Origin: Octopus vulgaris
Lineage: Eukaryota
Direction: 5' to 3'
Length of the DNA: 64,000 bases
Assembly (NCBI GenBank): GCA_951406725.2
Contig: OX597820.1
Coordinates: 28,768,001-28,832,000 of the forward strand
Positions 27,971 to 41,846 of the stretch are shown in pieces (positions within the stretch are counted from its first letter, which is position 1; each line of letters begins with the position of its first letter). A model generated the notes under the pieces. The model did not search any database, was not told where the DNA came from, and was given only the letters and a program-made list of their open reading frames with translations. The translations under genes and the position numbers were made by a program.

Positions 27971-28343
27971 CAAGGAATAGGGAAGTGCTGTCTGGTAGCA
28001 AGTTTATTGAAAGGTAGGTGAATGTTGCAAGAATGGCCAGTATGAACGGACCAATTTTAAGGATACCCCTGTGAAAAATTAAAAGGAAATATAAAAGGAG
28101 AAAGGGGCTCTCTGCCCCCCTTTTGACTAGGCTCCCGTGGCTCATGTGTTTTTCCACGAGTAACCTTTCGAAGCGGCTCCCCCTATTGAGAGTTTTAATT
28201 GTTACTTATATTTCGTTGTTATCCTGCTTTTGTACACGGACTTTTTTCAAACGGACAAAACCCTTTGTAACTTTCGTCCTGTGTTTTGCCCCTTTTGTGT
28301 TTTAATTGATTTTTGTTAGCCCTTGTGGCCAATAAACGAATTA
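27971..28343 (+). mobile_element. L1/Tx1-like LINE 3' end inserted in (TTA)n
   Basis: ORF end REVLSGSKFIER*VNVARMASMNGPILRIPL* aligns with LSENVLKKRWKHVAR at 53278-53432. The 3' tail is TTAGCCCTTGTGGCCAATAAACGAA, with (TTA)n on both sides. Clade assignment is inferred. Confidence 0.55.
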
Positions 28344-28369
28344 ATTATTATTATTATTATTATTATTAT

Positions 28370-28422
<53 letters not shown>

Positions 28423-29439
28423 TTGAAATGGTTCATTGAATTACCACGTATAATAATCGAAGTAGTTTTTAACAATAGTTGTGTAGTGATTTAACGGATG
28501 TAAGGTTTAGATAAATGCCTATAAGTATCGAGGTATGTGTTTACTTTGATGACGTGGATAGCGTAATATTCACGTCGATACATGATAGTAGAAGACGCTA
28601 ATGTAGCGTTTCCCACTTTAGACCAGCGCCCTATTTCAGGGGTGAATTACCTGTCGTCTGTTGAATGCTATTGGAAGATTGAGAACTGCACCGGGTCTCA
28701 TTGAATTTTGCATATCAGAAAAGTATAATAATAGCTTGTGTTGACTAGTCTGTGAGTAAGATTTGTTTGTGGTTGTTACTAATAAGATGGATCATTGTTC
28801 AAGAGTGATTTAACAGGTATGATCAAAAGTGAGTATATTTTTTATGTTTTCATTTAACAGATGTAATAAAAAGTAATAATATCTTCAAATACATTTACGA
28901 CTACCTTGTAAAATGCGCCCTTTTTAAGACGGCCCTCTTTTATTTTGAAACCTTTCCGAATTACAAGGCGCAACACTTTATAAGAGTAGTTCTCAAATAT
29001 TTTTTTACATATGGGCTCTTTGATTCCTATATTATTTGGATGGACCCTCACAGCCATTCGTTGTTTCAAAAGATCCTATTATATTCAAATATTATAAGAA
29101 AATGTTTAAAATAAGTGTTAAAATATTTTGTGCATTGTAGACGTATAACCAATTTATTGCACAACATTTTAACAGCAAGATTTTATATGTCCCCCCACCC
29201 GCCCAAGGATCTTATGGATCCTGGTTGGGAATCAGTGCTCCGTAAGGACAGGTATTGTTGCATGTTTCCACGGCATGCAACAGACGACGGATAAGTCACC
29301 TCTATAACGACACACAGGCTATCGGAGATGATTATTATTTTGGTACTGTGTAAGGAACTTAATGAAGTCTTTAAAACTTACGAAATACTCGTCAGTGTTA
29401 TAATACTGATTCTCTTTGTAAGCTAATATATAGTATCCT

Positions 29440-29715
29440 GTTAGCACGCCAGGCGAAACGCTTAGTAGCGTTTCGTCCGTCTTCATGTTCTGAGTTCAAA
29501 TTTCGATGAGGCTGACTTGCATTTCATCCTTTCAGGATTGATAAATTACGTACCAGTTACCTACAAATTTCGGGCCTTGTGCCTAGAGTGGAAAAGAATA
29601 CTTATATCATTAGCTCCTATCGGGGTTGATAAAATAATTACCATTTCAGCATTGGGATCGATGTATTCGACTTATCTCATCACACAAAGTTGCTGGTCTT
29701 GTGCCGAAATTTGAT
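29440..29715 (+). mobile_element. Two decayed SINE-A fragments
   Basis: GTTAGCACGCCAGGCGAAACGCTTAG...GAGTTCAAAT...GCCTTGTGCCTAGAG, then a second core TCGGGGTTGATAAAATAA. Confidence 0.7.
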
Positions 29716-31104
29716 ATCAATATACAGTTACCTGGGGTATTTCATAAAGTGTATATTATCATTGAAATTAGTGTCGATGCTATTGAAATGGTGATATAAT
29801 GATGAATGAGCGATAAAAACGTATGTGATAACATGACGCAGTCTTACAAAGACTTGTACAAATATAGCAACAGAAAAAGATAGGCGCATGGAGTTACACA
29901 CGATTAATTGTAATTCAAATTAGAGGATATCTGGCGGCTAGTTCAATAAGATTCATCGACCGTGTAAGGACCCCTTTATTTGTGGGTGTTTGACTACATC
30001 ATCATTTTATTGTTGGACAAAAATATGCATGCGGTTTGATATGATGATATTCGTGTAAAGTTATATATTTATTTTTTCATGGGAAAAAAATACATTGCCA
30101 GGTTTATGTAGAAAATAGTGAAGGCGTAACTTGTTAATATCTCGCTTACTTTCTTTCATTTCTGAATGTTTCACATAACATTTAAGTCTCGGAAAACTTC
30201 GTCAATGGAACTTGCCAAAGCTGACAGATGCAGAGCAAGCGAATTTTGGATAACAGAGGAAAAGAAAAGAGAGTCATAGAAGAAAGGAATCTAACTGCAG
30301 TGCAAATTTCAAAAGAAGCCATTTAATAGTTGGAGAAAAATATACATACGGCCATATCTGTTGCTGTTTGGTCATGTTTCATTATATATTTATGTATTCG
30401 TATGCAAAACCTATTGACTACGAGGTGTTTGGAGAAAATGGTGATGGCGTAACTTGCTAATATCTCGCTTTTATCTTAAATATGTTACCTTTATTCCCTT
30501 GCTACACTGTTTCGAAGCAAACTTATTTTATCCAACAGAACACATTCTCTTGAATAATTGAACAGAATATACACACAGGTATGTGTATACGGGTGTTTGT
30601 TCTGATAACGTCGTTATTTCTCTGCGAATATACGCGCGCGCGCGCGTGTGTGTGTGTGTGTGTGTGTGTGTGAGTGAGGGTGTGTTGGTATTTAAAAACA
30701 TATCGATTGCAAGGTGATTGTAGAACAAGATGAATGCCTAACGTACTAATGTATCACTTTTATCTCTACCATCACGCTGTTTCATTGTTTTCCTACTGCT
30801 ATTCTATTCAATAGAAATCTTTGAAACTCTCTCCCATGCACTCTCACTTACTGTCCCTCTCTCCCTCTCTCCCTCAGTCTCTCTACTTTTATCTATTTAT
30901 CTTTGACTCTCTATCACAGATCCACATACAAACAAACGCACACATACCCTCCAAAAAACACACCCATAAACATGCATATAAAATATACAATTACAAACTT
31001 ACACGCACTGTATATCTTCATTAGCTAAAAACCTGTTTCATTTTGCATTAGAGTCAACATTTTAGCCTATAAACCCTTCCCGAATACACTCTCACAATCA
31101 CTCT

Positions 31105-31167
<63 letters not shown>

Positions 31168-31264
31168 GTGTATGTATGTATGCATAAATACACATGTATG
31201 TATACATAAATATATATATATATACACATACATTATATATACATATACATATATATATTTATAC

Positions 31265-31309
<45 letters not shown>

Positions 31310-31430
31310 AGTGTGTGTGTACGTTATATTTACATACATATACATATATAAAGGTATAAGGAGATATGCGTATATGAATAGATATGTAAGCATGTATAAT
31401 TGTATATACACATGCATATATATATATGTA

Positions 31431-31471
<41 letters not shown>

Positions 31472-31784
31472 ACAGACAACAACGCACAGGACACCATATC
31501 GCTCTCGTGCACACACGGACATATGCACGTTAATTTTATATAGAAAGCATCGGTAGTAACTTTGAATATTTGCTTTACTGGCCGTCATGAGATGCTGAAT
31601 CAGACTGATAATTTAATAGTTATATATATAGTGGTTTTGATTAGCTGTTCAATAGGTGGTTATAGCAATGTACTTGAAGACTGGCTGTGGTGTCTGTATT
31701 TTTATTTAATTTCATTTATAACTAAACATTAATATGTGTGCGCGTGCGCGCGCAAGTGTATATCTGTGTATGTATGTATTTATA

Positions 31785-31828
<44 letters not shown>

Positions 31829-31899
31829 CTCAGATACAGACACACACACACATATATATATATATATATTCGTGTGTGTGGGAATAATATTGATAGTTA

Positions 31900-32173
31900 G
31901 ATAGTTAGATAGGTAGGTAGGTAGATGGATAGGTAGGTCGATAGATAGGTAGATAGGTAGGTAGGTAGGTAGGTAGGTAGGTAGGTAGGTAGGTAGGTAG
32001 GTAGATAGGTAGGTAGGTAGGTAGGTAGGTAGGTAGGTAGGTAGGTATGTATGTATGTATGTAGGTAGGTAGGTAGGTAGGTAGGTAGGTAGGTATGTAG
32101 GTAGGTAGGTAGGTAGGTAGGTAGGTAGGTAGGTAGGTAGGTAGATAGGCAGATAGGTCGGTAGGGAGATAGT

Positions 32174-32254
<81 letters not shown>
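31900..32254. repeat. (GGTA)n/(TGTA)n/(GATA)n compound microsatellite
   Basis: Read directly from the sequence. Confidence 0.95.
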
Positions 32255-32255
<1 letters not shown>

Positions 32256-32256
<1 letters not shown>

Positions 32257-32542
32257 CTTTCTTTATTGGTCACACAGGGCTGGACACGGAGGGGACAATT
32301 ACAAATGTAGAGCTTTTCTTTTCGGAGGTGGAAAAAAAGAAAAAAAGGAAACAAATGTAAAAATTCGATCAAAAGGGATCGGAAGAAAAAAGAGCGATCA
32401 AAAGGGATCGTGTATCACAGAAAAGAAAAAAAAATTTTTCAAAGTAACAAACAAGAATAGGTTCAACCGTGGACAGAAAAGCCTACAGAAAAGACCATGG
32501 TAACCTCAGACAGGGAGGAAAAAAAACACATGAGAGCAAAGT

Positions 32543-32600
<58 letters not shown>

Positions 32601-32645
32601 GATTTACAGGATCATGCTCAAAGTGGTTTCGTCACTCGCAAGATT
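32256..32645 (-). mobile_element. Probable L1/Tx1-like LINE 3' end abutting (TATC)n
   Basis: The minus-strand tail TGTCCCCTCCGTGTCCAGCCCTGTGTGACCAATAAAGAAAG resembles the tails at 28300-28343 and 54040-54074. There is a possible ORF end DETTLSMIL* near 32610-32640. Confidence 0.5.
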
Positions 32646-33904
32646 GTTACTGGTAATATGAAACCTAGTAGACCCTATGATATGGTGGCATTGTTGATAA
32701 ATAAACCGGCACCCTCACTAGGCTTGCTAGGTGAAGGGGATTGCTAGAAAGTTCACAAGACTAAAAGTAAGCCCTGTCGAAAGAACGGATGAGCCTAGTG
32801 TAGGTTCAATTATTATCTCGCAATACCTCGGGCCTCCATAAATGCTGAGTTAGTGTTCTTCGCGCCGGAAGACCACTGTTAAAGTATGTCACTAGGACCC
32901 GCTTGAAATCAAAGCTACCTCTGCTCCGATAATCAGCGGTCATTTGGTCAGCAAATCATCTGCTAGGTCGACAATCGATGGTAACGTGAGCTGGTACGGA
33001 TCACACTAAGTCCAAAGGGTGGCCGAGGATCTCATATGAACAACGGTTTCCTGACAGGGTCATTTACTTGCAATCTGCCATGAAACATGTCTGGGTTGTT
33101 TGCTTCTTTCTTTTACTTTTTTTTTTGTTTTTGTTCAGTAGAGCTGGAAACTACTACTTCATTTGGAAACTAGCGGAGTCGATGAAGAGAAGGGCATCCT
33201 GCTGTAAAAAAAGCTCTGTCTCAACATACTTCCGATTGAGCCGTGCAAGCATAGAAAAGCAGACATAAAAACAATAAGGGGGGGGAGAAAAAGGATGTGG
33301 AGGAGGAGGTAGAGGAGGTATAGTGGGTAGACGAGGAGGAGGTGGAAGGGGGAGGAAGACGAGGAGGAGAACCACAAAATGTAAGTAGAAATCCTTCGAT
33401 TTTAGGGAAAATTGTGTAAACGTTTGGCTTCAAAATTATTTTTAGAAACACTTGTTTAGAGAAATACTGCCCGTCAAATCATCACCAGAAACAATAGTGT
33501 TTTGCCTGTAGTCAGCTCTCCCTAAGCAAACATACGAAGCTATTATAACTAGCTTTGTTTCACAGTTCCTACTATGAATGATTGTTATAGTAAATTTTTT
33601 AAAAAATAGACTGATAAACCTAGTAATGTCTACATCAATAAAATTCAACTGGCAAGTTCACAGATTTGCACAGTTTCATGTTTCCGACGTTTAAAAGAGA
33701 GCACATCATAGTAAAGACAATATGAATTAGCCTTTTAGATATTTTCCTTCCGAAAAAAAAAAATGGCTCTGTTTTACAGTTTAAACCGGAACAACTGTTA
33801 TAATTGTCTCTATTTTATAGTTTAACACTTTAGCATTTAAGCTGGTCATAACTGGCCTAAATATTCTACCCTGTTCAAACCCAGTCAGATTTGGTTTGTC
33901 ACAC

Positions 33905-34505
33905 CTATTTCTTTACTACCCACAAGGTGCTAAACACAGAGAGGATAAACAAGGACAGACAAACGGAGTAATTCGATTACATAGACCCCAGTGCATAACT
34001 GGTACGTAATTTATCGACCCCGAAAGGATGAAAGGCAAAGTCGACCTCGGCGGAATTTGAACTCAGAACGTAACGGCAAACAAAATATCTATTTCTTTAC
34101 TACCCACAAGGGGCTAAACACAGAAGGAACAAATAAGGACAGACAAACGGATTAAGTCGATTACACCGACCCCAGTGCAAAACTGGTACTTAATTTATCG
34201 ACCCCGAAAGGATGAAAGGCAAAGTCGACTTCGGGGGAATTTGAACTCAGAACGTAACGGCAAACAAAATACCTATTTCTTTACTACCCATGAGGGGCTA
34301 AACACAGAGAGGACAAACAAGGACAGACAAACGGATTAAGTCGATTATATCGACCCCAGTGCGTAACTGGTACTTAATTTATCGACCCCGAAAGGATGAA
34401 AGGCAAAGTCGACTTCGAGGGAATTTGAACTCAGAACGTAACGGCAAACAAAATACCGCTAAGCATTTCGACCGGCGTGCTATCATACCTGCCAGCTCGC
34501 CGCCT
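33905..34505 (-). mobile_element. SINE-A three-unit array (all tail 1)
   Basis: Period is ~184 bp and all units share the variant TATTTTGTTTGCC. TTTGTCACACCTATT is directly repeated on both flanks (~33895 and ~34510). Confidence 0.9.
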
Positions 34506-35077
34506 TTGTTTTGTCACACCTATTCCCATTGAAAATCCGAACCATAAACACTATACTTCAGCATCGAATGACAACTACGGCTGAGGTGTCAGTTTTCATG
34601 ATGGACGTTTTGAACTTGTTGGTCGAAACCGGTTCAATGCAATCAGAACGAATGCAATTGCTAGTTGAGTCGGTGGTGGTAAAAGAGAGAACGAAATTTA
34701 ATCTAAGATATGTATTTCTTCAACTGAGAACAATACCGCAATATGGCGGTTTCTCTATTTCCGGGCCAACGTCAAAGGAACCAGGTGGCAGTGTTAATTT
34801 TAAACCAGCAAACATATTACAAGATATTTTAACCTTTATAAATACTTAACATTAATGAAATAATTTTCCACATCTTTTCCATTGATTTCTATGCATTTGT
34901 TTGTTCGGTACGTTTTTGCTATTATTTCCAAGTTTTTTGGTAGAAAGTTTATTTGTATCATAACGCTTATATTTTCATTGTCTTTCTATATATCTTTCCT
35001 TACATATATGCATGTATGCGTATCCAGGTGTGTGAGTACATATTATATACATGTATATGTACGTATATATGTATATA

Positions 35078-35130
<53 letters not shown>

Positions 35131-35287
35131 TAAATTAGAGACAAAACCACTATTAGGCAAATCAAACAATGAAAGACTTAAGCCAATACATACATTTATA
35201 TATATATGTATATATGTGCGTGTGTGTGCGTGTGTGCATATAGTGTATATATACATTCGCACACACAAACACACACACGCATATCTA

Positions 35288-35348
<61 letters not shown>

Positions 35349-35513
35349 CTATTCTCTCTCCATGATTAGTCGATATATTTCGCTCTTTCTTTCTCTCCCA
35401 CCTCTCTCTCTCTCTCACTCTCTCTCACTCTCTCTGTGCCTGTGTGAGTATGTGTTATTCACTCATTTTCTCTCATTCTCTGTGATGATCGTGCTTATTA
35501 ATTATTCTTGTCT

Positions 35514-35563
<50 letters not shown>

Positions 35564-36000
35564 ACACGCTTCCAGTTATCTTTTTTAAAAAATCCCGACT
35601 TTCCTGTCTCTCCTCCTTCTCCTCCGCCTTCTCCTCCTCGGTCACCTCCACTACCACCACCACCACCACCTGTTTCATTCGTACTCTGTCTCACGCTAAC
35701 TCCTTTGCTTACTCCCACCTGAAGAAACATGGCTGAATAAATAGTATCTATTTGAGAAAATAACTGCAAGAGAGAGAGACTCATCAAAACACAAAGAAAT
35801 TTTTCTAAAATAAATAAATAAATAAATAAATAAACAAATGAATAAATTAATAATTATAAAACACAAGCAAATAACAGGCAATGGAAACTAAAATAAGCAA
35901 CAACATAAAACAAATTCCATGCAGTTAAATTTCAAGATATGGTTATTTATTTATAAACTTAATACCGTTTATGCTATTAATATGAATACATACACGAACG

Positions 36001-36077
<77 letters not shown>

Positions 36078-36170
36078 GCATATGTATGTATGTATATATA
36101 TATATATATATATATATGTATGAATGTATATGTTTATGTATATATATATATGAATATATATTTGTGTGTA

Positions 36171-36230
<60 letters not shown>

Positions 36231-36699
36231 TATATACGTATATAGATATTTGTGTGTATGTACTTATGTATGCATGTATGCATGTTTGTATGTTTGTACG
36301 TATTCATATATGTTTATACACAAGATCTTTACTGCAATTCGAAAACATATATAAAACACTAAAATACGATAATCGCTAATCTATTTCAATGGCCTATCAT
36401 CAGTTCAATTAACTTCTGACTATTGATGACTTTAAATCGATTTTTATTTTCCAAAGAACAGAAGTTTTATTATTAAATAAAGTAAGATAATAAATAAAAT
36501 TCAAAATCATCCGAAAAGCAATAATAGATATATAAAAAGAGAGAAATCGACGGAGCTAAAAATGTTAGCCTATATGTGTGTATATGCACGTGTGTGTATG
36601 TGTGTGTGTGTGCGCAAGCACGTCTGTCTCTACATTTACATACATAAATACACATAAACACACACACATACACATACACACATACACACACATGTATTT

Positions 36700-37059
36700 T
36701 CTTTTACTTTCTTTTACTTGTTTCAGTCATTTGACTGCGGCCATGCTGGAGCACCGCCTTTAATCGAGCAACTCGACCCCGGGACTTATTACTTTGTAAG
36801 CTCAGTACTTATTCTATCGGTCTCTTTTGCCGAACCACTAAGTAACGGGGACATAAACACACCAGCATCGGTTGTCAAGCAATGCTAGGGGGACAAACAC
36901 ACACAGGCATATACATATATATACATATATACGACGGGCTTCTTTCAGTTTCCGTCTACCAAATCCACTAACAAGGCTTTGGTCGGCCCGAGGCTATAGT
37001 AGAAGACACTTGCCCAAGGTGCTACGCAGTGGGACTGAACCCGGAACCATGTGGCTGGT
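36700..37059 (-). mobile_element. SINE-C copy (young, extreme 5' end missing)
   Basis: Highly similar to 61641-62049. Confidence 0.9.
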
Positions 37060-37084
37060 AAATATATATATATATAAATATATA

Positions 37085-37610
37085 TTTTACTTTTTTACTC
37101 GTTTCAGCCATGCGGCTCTGGTCATGCTGTAGCACCATCATAGTCTATCTGATTTCCTCAGGCTGGGTCTGGGATGATTCACATCACCACTCCTGTATGT
37201 GCTTTTACCCAAGCTGTTGGTTCATCTGGTGTTGCGGAGAGGAGTATGTCTAGTTCCATTTTGAAGACATCTACTTCGACCTTATGCAGATTTCTTAATT
37301 TTTGTGCAGGGCATTGAAGAGGTGTGGGCCTTTGAACTCCAGACTATTGTAATACCTGGTCCTGAATTTAGATGGAGTGGATGGTACCTTTGGTACAATA
37401 CAATGGCGGCCAGTTCTGGCATTTGTATAATACTCAATGCCGAAGTTAGGTAGGAGCCTTTCTAGGATTTTCCATATGTATATTATTGCGTATCTTTCAC
37501 GCCTTCGCTCAAGGGAGTAAAGTTGTAGTTTTTTCAGCCTATTCCTGTAGCTCATCCCTTTCAATCTTTTTAGAGTAGTGCATTGGACTGCTTCAAGCTC
37601 AAGGTGAACA
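37085..37610 (-). mobile_element. CR1-group LINE 3' fragment, same family as 3868-5266
   Basis: LKKLQLYSLERRRERYAIIYIWKILE...NARTGRHCIVPKVPS...NSLEFKGP matches ~4780-5010. Confidence 0.9.
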
Positions 37611-37626
37611 CGTCTGTATGTATATG

Positions 37627-37688
<62 letters not shown>

Positions 37689-37746
37689 TATATAACTATG
37701 TTCTAGATCATGTATTGAGTCCTTTTCTTGGCCGTTATAAATCAGA

Positions 37747-37784
<38 letters not shown>

Positions 37785-37793
37785 ATAGGTAGG

Positions 37794-37865
<72 letters not shown>

Positions 37866-38354
37866 CAGATAGAAGAGAGAGTATGAGAGGGAGAGAGAGA
37901 GAGTGGGAGAGAAAGATAGAATTCCGTTTACAACAGACCCTTAAGGGATCAAGACACTAGTTTGTTAGACAGTAACTTGTTATACAATATATAAGTATAA
38001 CTGGAATCGTTTAGAAATATTTCGAATGAGAGATTTAAATACAGGAAAATAATTTGTAATGAACAAAAGCGAACGATCAATCGACTGTAAGATATGTATG
38101 TGTGTGTAGATACATATATATATATAGCTATAATTCACTACTACAATTGTTTCCGCAACCTCCCCTATGCAGGTCCTTAAATAGTCCAAGTACCCATACG
38201 AAGGCACACTCACACACACAACCCTATATACGTATGTATATGTCTGTCTGAGCGTGTTTATATAAGCACTCGCACACACATTTGCACACAAACACATACA
38301 CACACACACACACTCACCTAAATATATATATCTGCATGTATATGTATGTGTATG

Positions 38355-38538
<184 letters not shown>

Positions 38539-38635
38539 TATATACGTATAAATATATACCGTGTTTAAATGTACATATACATATATGTACCGTATTTAAA
38601 TGTACACTTTAATTATATGAATATTATTATTATTC

Positions 38636-38685
<50 letters not shown>

Positions 38686-39054
38686 TCATACATATATGTA
38701 CCGTGTATACAGATATGCACACATATATTTGTAAACACCATATAGGTAAAAAGAATAAAAAGATGACAATACGAACGAAAAGTACTAAAAGTTGCCATTT
38801 TCTTTTATTAATCTCTCCAATGAAGACAATAAATAAAACTATTTTATTGATAAGAAATCGTTGCCAATTATTTTAGCAATAACACACATCAAATTCTTAG
38901 TCTGCGCTTTGTTCTGACTTAACCTTTTAATCATTCCGTTGAAGCTTACTTATTATTATTATCATTATCATTATTATTATTTTTATTATTATTATAATTA
39001 TTATTGTTATTATTATTATCATCATCAACATTATCATCACCATCATCCTCATCC

Positions 39055-39090
<36 letters not shown>

Positions 39091-39197
39091 CCATCATCAT
39101 CTTTTAACCAAAGTTCCATTACCTAATGGTAGATAATAAGGATCAAGTTATCTGATGTACCATGAGATATTTGGTGGAACATCTATTGGTATATATG

Positions 39198-39263
<66 letters not shown>

Positions 39264-39267
<4 letters not shown>

Positions 39268-39793
39268 CAGGGCTGGCCTGCTAGGTAGCCGGCAAGAATG
39301 CTAGAAGAAGATCATCAACGATCAAACTACAAGGGAAATTCTCTAGAGGAAGAATTCAGCGAACACCAGAACCAAATTTGGCGGGCAGGACATATGAAAA
39401 ATTAAATAAAAAACAGACTTAAATGCATACCTCGGTTTCGGTCTTAACAAAAGAATTACTTGCATAATTCAAGTGTCCGTGACTTCATCAGTACATTTGG
39501 TCCTCGAGATGCAAACCGCAAGACTAACCCCAGCTTTCTGTGTCAAGACAGACACGTGCTTAGTCTTACTGATTACATCGGGAATAAAATTTCAAATGTC
39601 TTGGCTCTGGCGCGCTAAGAGACTCCTGAAGCGAAGGGCTGCAGTGAATAATTCACTGCGGGTAAGTCCTGCCCGCCAAATTTGGTTCTGGTGTTCGCTG
39701 AATTCTTCCTCTAGAGAATTTCCCTTGTAGTTTGATCGTTGATGATCTTCTTCTAGCATTCTGGCCGGCTACCTAGCAGGCCAGCCCTGCCAA
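39264..39793. mobile_element. 530-bp element with 128-bp near-perfect terminal inverted repeats, inserted in (TA)n
   Basis: 39264-39391 is the reverse complement of 39666-39793 with one mismatch seen. TA repeats flank it and the interior is non-coding and structured. Confidence 0.9.
39421..39498 (-). ncRNA. Candidate type I hammerhead ribozyme
   Basis: Minus strand reads AAAUGUA-CUGAUGA-A-GUC...GAC-C-GAAA-C-CGAG-G-UA-UGCAUUU. This gives a 7-bp stem I, intact CUGAUGA/GAAA core, short stem III and a GUA triplet, with predicted cleavage between 39428 and 39427. The stem II closing pair is A-C rather than G-C. Confidence 0.7.
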
Positions 39794-39859
39794 TATACAC
39801 ATATATTTGAATTTTCTCTGACTCCTCAGATTTTTTGAATGCTGGACTACTGGTTTTAA

Positions 39860-40070
39860 ATTGATAACGTGGCCGAACCATCTTAGAAGACGACGTTGGA
39901 TGATGGCTTCAACGCTAGAGATTCCTGCTTGCTGAAGAATTTCTGTGTGGGCGAACTTATCTTTCCAAGTAATGCGTAAAAAATTCGGTGGAGACAATGG
40001 ATGTGAAATAACTCTAGCTTCGTCACATTATGGCGGTATAAGATCCAGGATTCGCAGCCATACAAAGCTT
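39860..40070 (-). mobile_element. RTE/BovB-like LINE fragment
   Basis: ALYGCESWILYRHNVTKLELFHIHCL-(frameshift)-LRITWKDKFAHTEILQQAGISSVEAIIQRRLLRWFGHVI. Confidence 0.85.
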
Positions 40071-40764
40071 CCACCTGCCAAATCCACTCACAAGGCATTG
40101 GTCGGCTTGGAGCAGTAGTAGAATAGAATTACTGAATGTACCATGCAGTGAGACAGAAACCGAAATCTCGCAGTTGCAAAGCGACCATCTTAATCACACA
40201 GCCATAACATAGCGTATGTTATAGCTATTATGGTATAGCTCTCGTATATTATATAAGTATATGTTATTACAATTATGAATTATATAAATCTTATAGCTTA
40301 TTGATTTTCCATAAGATTTAATAGTTTCCAGTTAATTTTATGTTGTAACAATCTCTTTCATCTCATTCCATACTGTTTATTAGTTGCCCTTATTTAAGTC
40401 CTTTACATATCATATAACATATGGTCTCTCTCTGAGTAATAGCGATTTTGATTCTGTTTCCTTTTGTATTTTTTGTCTGTTTTCTCTTTTTTTTCTGTTA
40501 TTTTACTGATATTTCTTTTATGATTAACTCATGATATATTTTTAAAAAAATTATATTTGTGCGTTGACGACTACAACAACGACGATGATGATGGTGATGG
40601 TGGTGGTGGTGGTGAGGGTGGTGGTGGTTCCAGTGCTGGTTCCAGTGGTTCCAGTGGTAACCTGTGATGGTGATGATCCTGGCGGTGGTGGTGGTGGTGT
40701 TGGTGGTGGTGGTGATGGAGATGGTAGTTGTGATAAGTGTACGAATGATGATGATGATGACGAC

Positions 40765-41161
40765 GAAGGGCTACACACAGAGGGGACAAACAAGTACAGA
40801 CAAACTTATTAAGTAGATTATATCCACTCCAGTACTCAACTGGTACTTATTTAATCGACCCCGAAAGGATGAAAGGCAATGTCGACCTCGGCGGAATTTG
40901 AAATCAGGACGTAACGGCAGTCGAAATACCTATTTCTTTACTACTCACAAGGGGCTAAACACAGAGAGGACAAACAAGGACAGACAAACGGATTGAGTCG
41001 ATTATATCGACCCCAGTGCGTAACTGGTACTTATTTAATCGACCCCGAAAGGATGAGAGGCAAAGTCCACCTCGGCGGAATTTGAACTCAAGACGTAGCG
41101 GCAGCCGAAATACCGCTAAGCATTTCGCCTAGCGTGCTAACGATTCTGCCACCTCGCCGCC
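40765..41161 (-). mobile_element. SINE-A two-unit array
   Basis: Minus-strand junction GTAAAGAAATA|GGTATTTCGACTGCC near 40930. Confidence 0.9.
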
Positions 41162-41179
41162 AAATAACAATAATAATAA

Positions 41180-41580
41180 TATTCCTTTCTACTAAAGGTA
41201 CAAGGCCTGAAATTTTGAGGGACGGGGCCAGTCGATTAGATCGAGCCCAGTACGCGACTGGTACTTAATTTATCGACCCCCAAAGGATGAAAGGCAAAGT
41301 TGACCTCAGCAGAATTTGAACTCAAAACGTAAATACAGACGAAATACCTATTTCTTTACTACCCACAAGGTGTTAAATACAGAGAGGACAAACAAGGACA
41401 GACAAACGGATGAAGTCGATTGTATCGACTCCAGTTCGTAACTGGTACTTATTTCACCGATCCCCAAAGGATGAAAGGCAAAGTCAACCTCGGCGGAATT
41501 TGAACTTAGAACGTAGCGGTAGACGAAATACGGCTACGCATTTCGCCCGGCGTGCTAACGTTTCTGCCAGCTCGCCGCCT
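41180..41580 (-). mobile_element. SINE-A two-unit array (tail-1 unit plus tail-2 unit)
   Basis: Minus-strand junction GTAAAGAAATA|GGTATTTCGTCTG near 41348. Confidence 0.9.
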
Positions 41581-41606
41581 AATAGCAATAATAATGATGA
41601 TGATGG

Positions 41607-41676
<70 letters not shown>

Positions 41677-41814
41677 ACCATATATGCACATACATGTGTG
41701 TGTCTGTCTCTCTATCTTTTTATATGTATACACGTATGTAAACATGTATATGCACATATGCAGACTTCTTTTATGTATATGTCTATATATGTGTGTACCA
41801 ATATGTTATAAATC

Positions 41815-41846
<32 letters not shown>

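Noticed and set aside
32650-33095. Possible decayed LINE zinc-knuckle (QETVVH) on the minus strand
   Set aside because: Too short and disrupted to assign.
33905-34505. Regularly spaced repeats superficially like a CRISPR array or tRNA gene cluster
   Set aside because: The units are ~184-bp SINE bodies with no unique spacers, no cas genes and no complete cloverleaf, in a eukaryotic context.
34597-34635. Hammerhead-like ATGATG-GAC...GTC-GAAACCGGT
   Set aside because: The CUGANGA core is broken and no convincing stem I is present.
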